DNA of 64,000 nucleotides from an uncultured Acidobacteriota bacterium (GTDB lineage: Bacteria; Acidobacteriota; Terriglobia; Acidiferrales; UBA7541). Shown here one piece after another: positions 20,863 through 30,581 of the stretch. Below the pieces are notes generated by a model. It was not told where the DNA came from. It saw only the letters and a program-made list of their open reading frames with translations, and did not search any database. Position 1 is the first letter of the stretch. Every line of letters starts with the position of its first letter. Made by a program: the position numbers and the translations under genes. The stretch is from the NCBI GenBank assembly GCA_963770575.1, contig CAVYQD010000001.1, forward strand, positions 800,569 through 864,568. Reading direction: 5' to 3'.

Positions 20863-23728
20863 TCAGACGTGCGAACTTTGAATTGAGCTGGCGTGGACTG
20901 CGCCACCCGGTTCAGCGCCGTTTCCATTCCCATCTGCGGCTGCGTGCAGGGCGCGAGCCAGAATCTGGCCGGTGAATGATTTTTTCACGCGCGCCACTTG
21001 CTCCGGCGTGCCCTGCGCGACGATTCGCCCGCCGTCATCGCCGCCTTCAGGACCGAGATCGATGATCCAGTCCGCTTGTTTGATCACGTCGAGATGATGC
21101 TCGATGATCAGCACGGTGTTGCCGAGCGAAACGAGACGATTGAGCACGTCGAGAAGTTTTTTTACGTCGTCGAAGTGCAGGCCCGTCGTAGGCTCGTCGA
21201 GAATATACAGCGTGCGGCCCGTCTGGCGGCGCGAAAGTTCGCGGGCCAGTTTGGTGCGCTGCGCTTCGCCGCCGGATAGCGTGGTGGCAGACTGGCCCAG
21301 CTGAATGTAACCCAGACCAACGTCGACGAGCGTTTGCAGCTTCTGCTGAATCGCAGGAATATTTTCGAGCGCCTTCAATGCTTCTTCGATGGGCAAGTCC
21401 AGCAGGTCGGAAATCGTCAGCCCCTTGTATCGGACGGAAAGCGTTTCCGCGTTGTAGCGCTTGCCGCGGCACACTTCACACGTGACGTAAACATCGGGCA
21501 GAAAATTCATTTCGATGCGGCGCTGGCCGTCGCCCTGGCACGCTTCGCAGCGGCCGCCTTTCACGTTGAAGCTGAAACGTCCGGGGCGATAACCGCGTTC
21601 GCGCGATTCCGGAAGCATGGCGTAGAGTTCGCGAATCGGCGCGAATACGCCCGTGTAGGTGGCGGGATTCGACCGCGGCGTGCGGCCGATCGGGGCTTGA
21701 TCGATTTGAACTACCTTGTCGATGTGCTCGATACCCGTGATCGAGCGATGCGCGCCGGGCTTTTCCATTGAACGATAGAGTTTGGCGGCAAGCGCGCGAT
21801 ACAGGATGTCGTTAATCAGCGTCGATTTGCCTGAGCCGGATACGCCGGTGACAACGGTGAGCAAGCCGAGCGGAAACGTGACGTCGATATTTTTCAGGTT
21901 GTGCCCGTGCGCACCCAGGATCGTGATCGCTTTACCGTTGGCGGCGCGACGATGGTCAGGCACAGAAATTCTTGCGTGACCCGAAAGATACTGGCCCGTG
22001 AGCGAAGCGGGATTCGCGGCAATTTCCTCCGGTGCTCCGGCGGCGACGAGATATCCGCCGGCGCTTCCAGCGCCCGGGCCGAGATCGACCACATAATTCG
22101 CGCGGCGAATCGTCTCTTCATCGTGTTCGACAACGAGCACTGTGTTGCCGAGGTCGCGCAGAGTTTCAAGCGTGCTAAGCAGCCGTCCATTGTCGCGAGC
22201 GTGCAAACCGATCGAAGGCTCATCGAGCACGTACAGAACACCGCGAAGGCGCGAGCCGATTTGCGTAGCAAGCCGAATGCGCTGCGCTTCTCCGCCGGAC
22301 AATGTGGCGGCCGAACGGTCGAGCGTGAGATAGCTGAGGCCCACAGCGAGCAAGAAATCCAGGCGCTCGGCGATTTCCGCCAGCGGACGACCGGCAATCT
22401 TTCGCTGGCGCAAGGAGATATGGCCGCGAATTTTGTCGACGGCAGCGCGAGCATCCGTAAGCGACAGCCCGGTGAAATCCGCAATCGAGAGTCCCGCAAT
22501 CCTCACGGCGAGGCTTTCCGGGCGCAGACGCCGTTCGTTGCACGCCGCGCACGGCGCAGGTGACATGTACTGCGTCAGCCATTCTCGGTAGGTATCTGAG
22601 TTCGATTCGTCGAGACTCTTTTCGAGATGCGTCAGCACGCCCTGGAAATTGAGTCCTTTCACGCCCGTTCCGTCGGAAGGATTGCCGTGGAGGATCAGAT
22701 TCTGAACCTTGCGCGGAAATTTTTCGAATGGCGTATCGAGATCGAACCCATGCGCAGCGGCAGCGAGCTTCATCGTGCGCTGCACAAATGTGGATCCGGA
22801 CCCTGGTCCGAGCCCTCCTTCGAAGAGCGGCTTCGACCAATCGACAATTACTTTGGACGGGTCGAAATCATATTTCGAACCCAAGGCCGTGGCATTCAGG
22901 ACACGCGCCGTAAGGCGAATTGAAACTGAACGAACGCGGCTCGAGCTGCGGCACGGAAATTCCGCAATCCGGACACGCAAGCTTTTCCGAATAGACGTGC
23001 TCTTCGCCGCCAACCACTGAAATTGTGACCAAACCGCCGGTGAGTTTCAGCGCCGTTTCTACCGATTGCTCGAGGCGCTGCGCGATTCCGTTCTTCAAAA
23101 GCAGGCGGTCAACGACCACTTCGATCGTATGATTCTTGCGCCGGTCGAGAGGAATGGGCTCGTCGAGGTTCACGAGCTCTCCATCCACGCGCGCGCGGAC
23201 ATAACCTTCCTTCGCATATTTCTCAAATTCCTTCTTGTACTCGCCTTTGCGCCCGCGAACCACCGGCGCGAGAACCATGATTCGGTCTTCCGGCTTGAGA
23301 GCAAGAACGGACTGGACGATCTGCTCGGTGGATTGCCGCGTGATGGGCAGGCCGCACTTCGGGCAATGCGGAGAGCCGATCGCGCTGTATACAACACGCA
23401 GGTAGTCGTAAATTTCTGTAATCGTGCCGACGGTCGAACGCGGAGATCGCGTCGTGGTTTTCTGCTCGATCGCAATCGAAGGCGAAAGGCCCTCAATCGA
23501 ATCCACATCCGGACGTTCCATCTGGTCGAGGAATTGCCGCGCATAGGCGGATAGCGATTCCACGTAGCGGCGTTGGCCTTCGGCGTACAGAGTGTCAAAC
23601 GCGAGCGAGGACTTACCCGAACCGGAGAGCCCTGTAATGACCGTTAGCGAATTTCGGGGAATCTCAAGGCTGATGTTCTTCAGATTGTGCTGCCGCGCGC
23701 CGCGAATGACGATTTTCTTTAGACCCAT
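20863..23728 (-). pseudogene. uvrA: excinuclease ABC subunit A, apparent frameshift
   Basis: ORF 22868..23728 ([19 protein letters not shown].., [23 protein letters not shown]) ends at ..[16 protein letters not shown] 20863..23013 continues in another frame with [17 protein letters not shown]... to a normal UvrA C-terminus. The junction is 22878-22882 (AACCC on + strand). Confidence 0.9.
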
Positions 23729-24007
23729 GGGATGTCGGTAACCGGTTGATCCTCCCTCCTACAGACGGGAGCAATGCACAGTGGGCAAATTGCGCCCAAG
23801 CTAATCTTTAAACATAGCAAGCGTGTCAAGCGCGGTCAAGAATTCAGCGTGAGAATTCGCAGGCGAAAGTGGGCGAAACGCGTTCTAATATTTTTCCTCC
23901 GGATATTTTACCGGGGGGCTTGGATTTTTTACGCATCAGGTGATTCTGAAGCCGTTTGTTTTCAGGTCGTTAGTTTGGTTTCCTGCGTGCGATATGTATC
24001 AGGGTCA

Positions 24008-24130
24008 GGGGGAGGAAAGCCGAGAATCCCTTCGGGGATTGAGGGCTGGGCCGGCTTCCTTCCCCCGGCCACCTACCGCCGCTTCCCCTTCCTACCCCTC
24101 TGATATCGGTGGCGGAGGTGTCTTCTTTCT
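24008..24130 (+). ncRNA. candidate structured small RNA (two hairpins plus U-rich tail); family unknown
   Basis: 15-bp imperfect stem 24008-24022/24052-24066 encloses a 6-bp helix capped by a C(UUCG)G tetraloop (24025-24040). A second bulged stem 24070-24083/24108-24120 has a CU-rich loop and is followed by TCTTCTTTCT. It lies in a 470-bp spacer between two minus-strand genes. Confidence 0.25.
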
Positions 24131-24199
24131 ACGGCCTCGCCTCTCCCAGACAACGACCCACCAAGACGTCTACTGTTTGCGATCCGGCGAGTATCCCTG

Positions 24200-25201
24200 C
24201 TAGACCGTGACAACAATCTTGCCAATCTGCTCGTTTGATTCCATATAGCGGTGCGCTTCGACGATCTTCGCCAACGGAAACACGCGATCGATGCGCGGCT
24301 TGAATTTACCAGCCTCGATCTGATCGAAAACGTATTTCTCAGCCGTGGCTTTCCGTTTGGGATCCGCAAATACTTCCCGGAGCGTGTACCCACGGACGGA
24401 CAGCCCTTTGCTCAAGGCCAGAAACAATGGGAACGGAGTGGGCTCCGGCGCGAGCGCTCCGTATTCGAAGATCGTTCCGCCGGGAGCGGCGGCTTGCGCC
24501 AGCAGCTCAATACCTTTTCCTCCGATGGGATCGAAGATGACGCGCGCCCCTTTGCCGCCCGTGATTTGATTTACGCGCGCAACGAAGTCTTCTTCACCGG
24601 TTGCAATCACGTGCGTCGCACCGACTTCCGTCAGGACGGCTTTCTTCTTGGATGTCCGCGTCGTCGCAATGCTGATTGCGCCTTCCGCTTTCGCCATTTC
24701 GATCGCGGCAATTCCCACGCTGCTGCTCGCGGCCGTGATTATGACGAAGTCGCCTTTTGTAATGTGGGCATACTGGATCAGCGCTCCGTAGGCCGTCAGA
24801 TACTGCATCCAGATGGATGTTCCCTCTTCTGGTGTGAGCTTCCCCGGATAAAGCGCAAGCGCGGCCACCGGAACGATTGCCACTTCCCCGTACACGCCGT
24901 AGCTCGTCATCACGAACGCCGGAACGGTGCTGGCTTTTTTTCCAATCCAGCTCTTGTCCACATCGGGCCCCACCGCCTCCACTACACCCGCCGCTTCGTA
25001 GCCAAGCTTTGAAGGCAGGACAGCGGTCTCCAGATACAGGCCACTGCGAAACATCACTTCCGCCCGGTTCAGCCCAATTGCCTTAACTCTCAGCCGAACT
25101 TCACCCTTGCCCGGCTCGGGGATTGGCTCGTCTTGTATTTTCAATACCTCTGGACCACCTACAGCATGGAAACGGACAATCTTTGCAGTTTGATTCGCCA
25201 C
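24200..25201 (-). CDS. zinc-type alcohol dehydrogenase-like / NADPH:quinone oxidoreductase (MDR family)
   Basis: 333-aa ORF with GEVRLRVKAIGLNRAEVMFRSGLY and a Rossmann ITAASSSVGIAAIEMAK. zeta-crystallin-like pattern. Confidence 0.8.
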   Translation of the reverse strand: MANQTAKIVRFHAVGGPEVLKIQDEPIPEPGKGEVRLRVKAIGLNRAEVMFRSGLYLETAVLPSKLGYEAAGVVEAVGPDVDKSWIGKKASTVPAFVMTSYGVYGEVAIVPVAALALYPGKLTPEEGTSIWMQYLTAYGALIQYAHITKGDFVIITAASSSVGIAAIEMAKAEGAISIATTRTSKKKAVLTEVGATHVIATGEEDFVARVNQITGGKGARVIFDPIGGKGIELLAQAAAPGGTIFEYGALAPEPTPFPLFLALSKGLSVRGYTLREVFADPKRKATAEKYVFDQIEAGKFKPRIDRVFPLAKIVEAHRYMESNEQIGKIVVTV

Positions 25202-25288
25202 GTGAGTCTCCTCGCGTATTTTGATCGCGCGGAAAGGAATAAAGATTCATCGAATCTCGGACAGATCGCTTGCGCCAGCGTGCGATCG

Positions 25289-25819
25289 CTACTGCTCCGG
25301 CAGCTTGTCCTTCAGCTCGCTCGCGAGCTTATGCACGTCCGTGGTGGCACTGAATCCCGCTACTTGTTGGCTGGAAGACTTCACGTCGACGCCAGCGTGC
25401 TCGCAGAGTTTGTGAAGCATCTGGATCATCACGGTGAGTTCCTGCTCGGCAAGCATGCCGACTTGCAGGTCGAGATGCGAGCGCCGTTGCGCTTCGCGAG
25501 CCATCCGGTTCTGGCTGATCAGCACGAAAATGGTAAGGAAAACGCTCTCCGCAGCAAGCAATAGCGCCAGAATTCCGAATGGAAACGGATCGAACGCACT
25601 AACGCCGGGGATCAGACTCAGGTTTACGGTACTCCAAATCGCAACCAGCAGGACGTGCAGCAACAGGAATGGCGTGCTTCCGATCGACTTTACAATTTCG
25701 TCGCTGGCTCGCTCCGCACTCGTACGGCGGCCGAGAGCTTCTTCCTCCATCTTGGCGATCGCTCGGACGTTGTACTGCGTGGGATTCCTGGCGGTTTCAT
25801 CCGCCGTTGGTTGATTCAT
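25289..25819 (-). CDS. DUF1003 family membrane protein
   Basis: 176 aa; FLLLHVLLVAIWSTVN and DPFPFGILALLLAAESVFLTIFVLISQNR match the DUF1003 pattern. Confidence 0.65.
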   Translation of the reverse strand: MNQPTADETARNPTQYNVRAIAKMEEEALGRRTSAERASDEIVKSIGSTPFLLLHVLLVAIWSTVNLSLIPGVSAFDPFPFGILALLLAAESVFLTIFVLISQNRMAREAQRRSHLDLQVGMLAEQELTVMIQMLHKLCEHAGVDVKSSSQQVAGFSATTDVHKLASELKDKLPEQ

Positions 25820-25976
25820 TGAGCGAGACTCCGGCCTCGACTTTCATATCGGCCGATAACAAGATTTTGCGTAGTCTCGAGCTCGCTCCATTACATGTGG
25901 ATGTACGCGCTCGTGCTGTTGTAACCTGCCGCCAGCGCAACTCAAACTCTAAGATTGGGCTCTGCGAGAGGCAAAA

Positions 25977-26351
25977 ATGCTGGCAAAGAGCAAGATGATG
26001 GGCTTCGTTCCGACGAAGGACTCAAAAAAAGCGAGAGAATTCTACGAGGGCAAACTTGGATTTCAATTTGTGAGTGACGACGAGTACGCGCTCGTCGTAA
26101 AAGCCGGCGACTCGATGATTCGAATCGCGAAAGCCGGAAATTTCGCGCCGGCGCCATACACGATTCTCGGATGGCAAGTGCAGGATATCGAATCGATCGT
26201 GCGCTGGCTCACGGAGCGCGGCGTAGTGTTTGAGAAATATCCGTTCGTGCAAGATCAGGAATTGGGCATTTGGACTGCGCCCTCGGGAGATCGCGTCGCA
26301 TGGTTCAAGGATCCGGACGGAAATGTGCTCAGCGTTAGCCAGCATCAATAG
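25977..26351 (+). CDS. VOC (glyoxalase/bleomycin-resistance fold) family protein
   Basis: 124 aa; FYEGKLGF...WFKDPDGNVLSV is typical VOC-fold sequence. Confidence 0.75.
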   Translation: MLAKSKMMGFVPTKDSKKAREFYEGKLGFQFVSDDEYALVVKAGDSMIRIAKAGNFAPAPYTILGWQVQDIESIVRWLTERGVVFEKYPFVQDQELGIWTAPSGDRVAWFKDPDGNVLSVSQHQ

Positions 26352-26369
26352 CTCAAAAGGAGGAGAGTC

Positions 26370-26945
26370 ATGAAATCTTTGGTGCTCGGAACGATCCTCG
26401 GTGGTCTGGTTGCGTTTGTGTGGAGTTCGATTTCCTGGGAAATGATCGGCTGGCACGAGAAGACGTTGGTTCGCTTTCAGAATGAAGACGAAGTCTCCGC
26501 CGTGATTGCATCGCACGCAGCGGTAGATGGAACGTACCTCCTGCCCGCCGGCCCCTCGACCGATGGCATGGCGCCGGATCAAAAGAAGGCGGTGCAAGCC
26601 GCGACGATGGAGAAAATGCAGAAGGGTCCGATCATGTTCGCGACCGTGCGTCGCGGAGGATTTGGGTCCTTCACGCGTGGCTTGATTGTCCAGCTGCTGA
26701 GCCTCATGGCCGCTGCATTCCTGCTGACGTGGTTGCTGCAACAAACAAGCGGGCTAAGCTACGCGCGAAGCGTCGCGTTTCTCGCGATCGTGGGTCTTTC
26801 GGCCAGCGTGATCATCGATCTGCCGAATTGGAATTGGTGGGGATTTTCCGGTGCTTACACAGCCGTGAGCCTTGTCGACTCGATGATAACGTGGCTGATT
26901 GCAGGGCTTGTGATTGCAAAAATCGCAAGACCAAAAACAACTTAG
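26370..26945 (+). CDS. hypothetical membrane protein (about 4 TM)
   Basis: ATG preceded by AAAGGAGGAGAG; 191 aa with four hydrophobic segments; no family recognised. Confidence 0.55.
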   Translation: MKSLVLGTILGGLVAFVWSSISWEMIGWHEKTLVRFQNEDEVSAVIASHAAVDGTYLLPAGPSTDGMAPDQKKAVQAATMEKMQKGPIMFATVRRGGFGSFTRGLIVQLLSLMAAAFLLTWLLQQTSGLSYARSVAFLAIVGLSASVIIDLPNWNWWGFSGAYTAVSLVDSMITWLIAGLVIAKIARPKTT

Positions 26946-26997
26946 TCCTGCCGCTTCGCTTCCTGGCGTGGTGCGGTTAGAATTGGAGCGCAGCGGT

Positions 26998-27073
26998 TGG
27001 GGCGTGGTCCAATTGGTAGGACACCTCACTGTTAATGAGGACGGTGTTGGTTCGAGTCCAACCGCCCCAGCCA
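26998..27073 (+). tRNA. tRNA-Asn (anticodon GTT)
   Basis: Hand-folded cloverleaf. Acceptor TGGGGCG/CGCCCCA, D stem GTCC/GGAC, anticodon stem CCTCA/TGAGG with loop CTGTTAA (GTT at 27031-27033), T arm GTTGG-TTCGAGT-CCAAC, encoded CCA. Confidence 0.95.
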
Positions 27074-27107
27074 GTTTTCTGTTTTGACTTTTCGCGACTC
27101 GGTAGAA

Positions 27108-27482
27108 TTAGTCGCGGATCGTAGGAAACCCCGCTTCGGTCCAGCCGCGCCAGCCGCCATCCATCGAGATCACGTTGCGGTAACCCATCTTCTGCAGATT
27201 GTCAGCCGCAAGGGCGGAGCGATAACCGCCGCCACAATACAACACCACGATTGCTTCCTTGTCGGGGATGGCTTTTTCGATGTCTCGCTCGATCACGCCT
27301 TTTCCCAGATGCACCGCATTCGGAATGTGACCGCGAGCCCATTCGTTGTCTTCGCGCGTATCTACGACAATCATTTTTTCGCCGGCATCGAGCTTCTTCT
27401 TGATGTCGCGAAAGTCTTCTTCCTTGATGCGCGTTTTTGCTTCTTTCACGAGCCTTAGAAAGCCTTCAGGATGATCCGCCAT
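27108..27482 (-). CDS. rhodanese-like sulfurtransferase domain protein
   Basis: 124 aa; active-site loop LYCGGGYRSALAA and GGWRGW are typical single-domain rhodanese. Confidence 0.8.
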   Translation of the reverse strand: MADHPEGFLRLVKEAKTRIKEEDFRDIKKKLDAGEKMIVVDTREDNEWARGHIPNAVHLGKGVIERDIEKAIPDKEAIVVLYCGGGYRSALAADNLQKMGYRNVISMDGGWRGWTEAGFPTIRD

Positions 27483-27571
27483 ATTTCACCTCTCGGTTCT
27501 ATCGTGGTTCTATGCGCGAAATTTACCATATCAAGCGTCGCCCGACAGTACAGCACGTACTGTACCCACGG

Positions 27572-30226
27572 CTATTTCATGTCGCGCCAGTTAGGACCTA
27601 CCTTAGTCTCAGCAACGACTGGGACGCTTAGTTCGTGAACGCCTTCCATCACTTCTTTCACCAGTTTTTGCAGACGAGGGATTTCCTTTTCGGGACCTTC
27701 GAAAAGAAGCTCATCGTGGACTTGTAGAATCATCTGCGATTTGAAGCCATCCTCAAGACGCTTATGAAGTTCGATCATCGCAAGCTTGATCAGATCCGCA
27801 GCGGCGCCCTGCATCGGCGTGTTCATAGCGGTGCGCTCGGCGAAATTCCGCATGTTCGGTTGGGGCGAATTGATCTCCGGAATTTCGCGGACGCGGCCGA
27901 ACAGCGTCTTTGTGTGGCCGGTTTTCCGTGTTTCGGCAATCTGCCGGTCGAGATATTCTTTTACGCCGCTGTAGCGCTCGAAATATGCGGCGATAAATTT
28001 CGCGGCTTCTTTTGTATCGATATCGAGCTGCTGCGCGAGACCAAACGCGGACAAGCCATAAATCACGCCGAAATTGATCACTTTTGCGACGCGCCGGTGC
28101 TCGCGTGTCTGCGCGAACGGCGCCACATCAAAGACTTCCTGCGCCGTACGCGAGTGAATATCTTCGCCGCGGCGGAATGCTTCCACCAGAATCGAATCCT
28201 TCGAAAGATGCGCCAGAATGCGCAGCTCAATCTGCGAATAATCCGCTGACAGCAGCAAATTCCCTGGAGACGCCACGAACGCAGCGCGAATCTCGCGGCC
28301 CAGTTCCGTTCGTACCGGAATATTCTGCAGGTTTGGATTGGACGAGCTCAGCCGACCCGTCGCCGTTCCCGTCTGATCGAATCGCGTGTGCAATCGGCCC
28401 GAAAGCGGATGAATCAATCGCGGCAGCACATCCGCATACGTCGACTTCAGTTTGGTCAGCTCGCGATACTGCAGCACCTTCTTCGGCATTTCGTGAACGA
28501 GCGCGAGTTCGTCGAGCACGTCTACCGCCGTCGAACGCGCTTTGCCGCGCGATTTGCGTGGTGGCTGCAGGTTCAGCCGGTCGAAGAGAACCTCCGCCAG
28601 CTGTTGCGGCGAATTGATCTTGAATTCAAATCCGGCAAGCTCGTAGATGCTTTTCTCGAGCGCGCTGATTTCCTGCTGCATCTTCGTCGAGATGCGGTCG
28701 AGTTCTTTCGAGTCCACTCGAACGCCCGCCGCCTCCATTCGCGCGAGGACCGGCGCGAGCGGCAGGTCAATTTTCTCGTAGAGATGCAGCAAGCCCTGTT
28801 TTTCAACTTCGGCGCGAAGCAGCGGTGCGAGGCGCATCAGAAAATCGGCGCGCTCGCCCGGAGCGCCGGAAAGCGTGAAATTCAAATGTCGCAGAACTAC
28901 TTCCGCAAACGCGTGATTCGCCGTCGTGGGCCGTAGCAAATACGAATACAACATAGTCGCGTGACGAATCCCGGCCACAGAACCATCGTCATCCTTCGAA
29001 TCCGGCGCGGCAAGCAAGCGGAAAAGCTTCGGATCGTGAACGATCTTCGGCCGCTTCGCGTCCGCGAGCCATTCCTTCATCGCGCCGAGCGCCTTGTTTT
29101 GCACGTCATTCGCAGCGGTGCGAGCCATTCCATGCTTGCTCGAAACTTCGACCTCAAGAACCTGCGTGCCAAATCCTTCGTCGTCAGGTTCCTCGGCGTC
29201 GAGCTTGAGCCAGACGGCCGCCTCATGCCCTCGAGGAATTGCGCCAACGAATTTTCCAAGAGCGAGATGTGAATCGAGCGCGGAGTAGTCGGTTTTGCGT
29301 TCGTCGCCGACAGGCGCAAATTCGCGCAGTAGCGACGTGAATCCCAACTCGCCAAAAAGTTCGCGCAAGGCGTTCAGATCGGGCTGCGGCATTTTCAGTT
29401 CATCTAGGACGAGAGGCACAGGCGCGTCGGTGGGAATCGTCGCGAGCTGTTTGCTTAGCATCACGAACTTCGCGCACTTCTCCAGAGCCTCGCGATAGTT
29501 CGCGCGTTTCACTTCGCTCGCATGCTTCAGCGTTTCTTCGGCGCTGCCGTACTGCTGGATCAGCTGCCGCGCGCCTACTTCGCCTATTCCGGCTTTGCGC
29601 CGCTCACCCGGGGGCGGCTTGTCATTCGGATCACGCGCGCCAGGAATGTTGTCGATCGAATCGCCCATGAGCGCCATCACGTCGGGAACCTGGCTCGGCG
29701 GCACGCCCATCAGCTCTTCCACTTTTTTCGCGTCGATGAGCAAGTCGCCTTTCGCAGGATTGAGCATCAAGACGCGCCCGCCTACAAGCTGCATCAAATC
29801 CTTGTCGCTCGTGACGATATAAACGTCGATGTCTTCCTTCTCAGCTTGTTTCGCGAGTGTGCCGATCACATCGTCTGCTTCGTAGCCGGGATATTGGAGC
29901 ATTGGCAGGCGCATCGCTTCGCAGTATCTGCGTACGAACGGGAGTTGCAGCGCGAGTTCCTCCGGCATCGGCTGGCGCTGCGCCTTGTAATCGGCGAAAA
30001 GCTTGTCGCGGAAAGTCGGCGCGGAAACGTCGAAGACCACGCCGAGATAGTCCGGCTTCCAATCTTTCAGAAGCTTGCGAATCATGTTCGCGAAAACATA
30101 CGGAACGTTCGTGGGAACACCTGCCGCGTTCCGCAGGCGCATCGGCATGGGCGCATAGAAGGCGCGAAAGATGTAGCCCATCGCATCAATCAAAAAGAGT
30201 CGTTTTGGATTTTCGGCAGGCATCAC
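27572..30226 (-). CDS. polA: DNA polymerase I
   Basis: 884 aa; 5-prime nuclease N-terminus (LFLIDAMGYIFRAFYA), polymerase motifs RLHTRFDQTGTATGRLSSSNPNLQNIP, LLSADYSQIELRILAH, QVHDELLFE. Confidence 0.95.
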   Translation of the reverse strand: MMPAENPKRLFLIDAMGYIFRAFYAPMPMRLRNAAGVPTNVPYVFANMIRKLLKDWKPDYLGVVFDVSAPTFRDKLFADYKAQRQPMPEELALQLPFVRRYCEAMRLPMLQYPGYEADDVIGTLAKQAEKEDIDVYIVTSDKDLMQLVGGRVLMLNPAKGDLLIDAKKVEELMGVPPSQVPDVMALMGDSIDNIPGARDPNDKPPPGERRKAGIGEVGARQLIQQYGSAEETLKHASEVKRANYREALEKCAKFVMLSKQLATIPTDAPVPLVLDELKMPQPDLNALRELFGELGFTSLLREFAPVGDERKTDYSALDSHLALGKFVGAIPRGHEAAVWLKLDAEEPDDEGFGTQVLEVEVSSKHGMARTAANDVQNKALGAMKEWLADAKRPKIVHDPKLFRLLAAPDSKDDDGSVAGIRHATMLYSYLLRPTTANHAFAEVVLRHLNFTLSGAPGERADFLMRLAPLLRAEVEKQGLLHLYEKIDLPLAPVLARMEAAGVRVDSKELDRISTKMQQEISALEKSIYELAGFEFKINSPQQLAEVLFDRLNLQPPRKSRGKARSTAVDVLDELALVHEMPKKVLQYRELTKLKSTYADVLPRLIHPLSGRLHTRFDQTGTATGRLSSSNPNLQNIPVRTELGREIRAAFVASPGNLLLSADYSQIELRILAHLSKDSILVEAFRRGEDIHSRTAQEVFDVAPFAQTREHRRVAKVINFGVIYGLSAFGLAQQLDIDTKEAAKFIAAYFERYSGVKEYLDRQIAETRKTGHTKTLFGRVREIPEINSPQPNMRNFAERTAMNTPMQGAAADLIKLAMIELHKRLEDGFKSQMILQVHDELLFEGPEKEIPRLQKLVKEVMEGVHELSVPVVAETKVGPNWRDMK

Positions 30227-30419
30227 GTTTCGGAACGTCCTGGGCTTGAGCGATTCGCGACGGTCAAATCGCGCTCATCGAATCGCACAGTACGAGCAAG
30301 CGAGTATAGCAGACGGTTCGCAGCGATTTCGGTAACCGAATTCAGGGAAGAGATTTCGTCGTGTCGATTCCGTCGCCGGATCTTCCGCATCGCGATGACG
30401 CACAATCAATAAAGTTGGC

Positions 30420-30449
30420 TTGACTCTCCGACCGTTCGGCGCTTATAGC
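30420..30449 (+). promoter_or_regulatory. putative sigma70-type promoter for the TonB-dependent receptor gene
   Basis: TTGACT (30420-30425), 18-nt spacer, TATAGC (30444-30449), about 130 nt upstream of ATG 30582. Sequence resemblance only. Confidence 0.3.
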
Positions 30450-30581
30450 TATTGCATAGCTTTTTCGGGTGGTTGGGGGTTGAGCTGTGACTGAGGGACC
30501 GACAATCGCGCACCGAAGTCCGCCTGCCGCAATCTTGCGCCTGAATCCTGTGTTTGTTGCGAATTCTCGGAGGAAAAAGCC

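Noticed and set aside
24011-24025. GGAGGAAAGCCGAG, resembling the RNase P RNA P4 motif GAGGAAAGUCCGG
   Set aside because: None of the other universally conserved RNase P elements are present, and only about 190 nt remain before the next gene, too short for RNase P RNA. Kept only as an unclassified structured element.
26946-27107. tRNA-Asn as a possible genomic-island integration site
   Set aside because: No integrase, no direct repeat of the tRNA 3-prime end, and the flanking genes are ordinary (membrane protein, rhodanese, polA).
30450-30581. ~130-nt leader of the TonB-dependent receptor gene as a possible riboswitch (for example cobalamin)
   Set aside because: I see no B12-box-like or other riboswitch consensus and no terminator/antiterminator pair. 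This cannot be supported from sequence alone.
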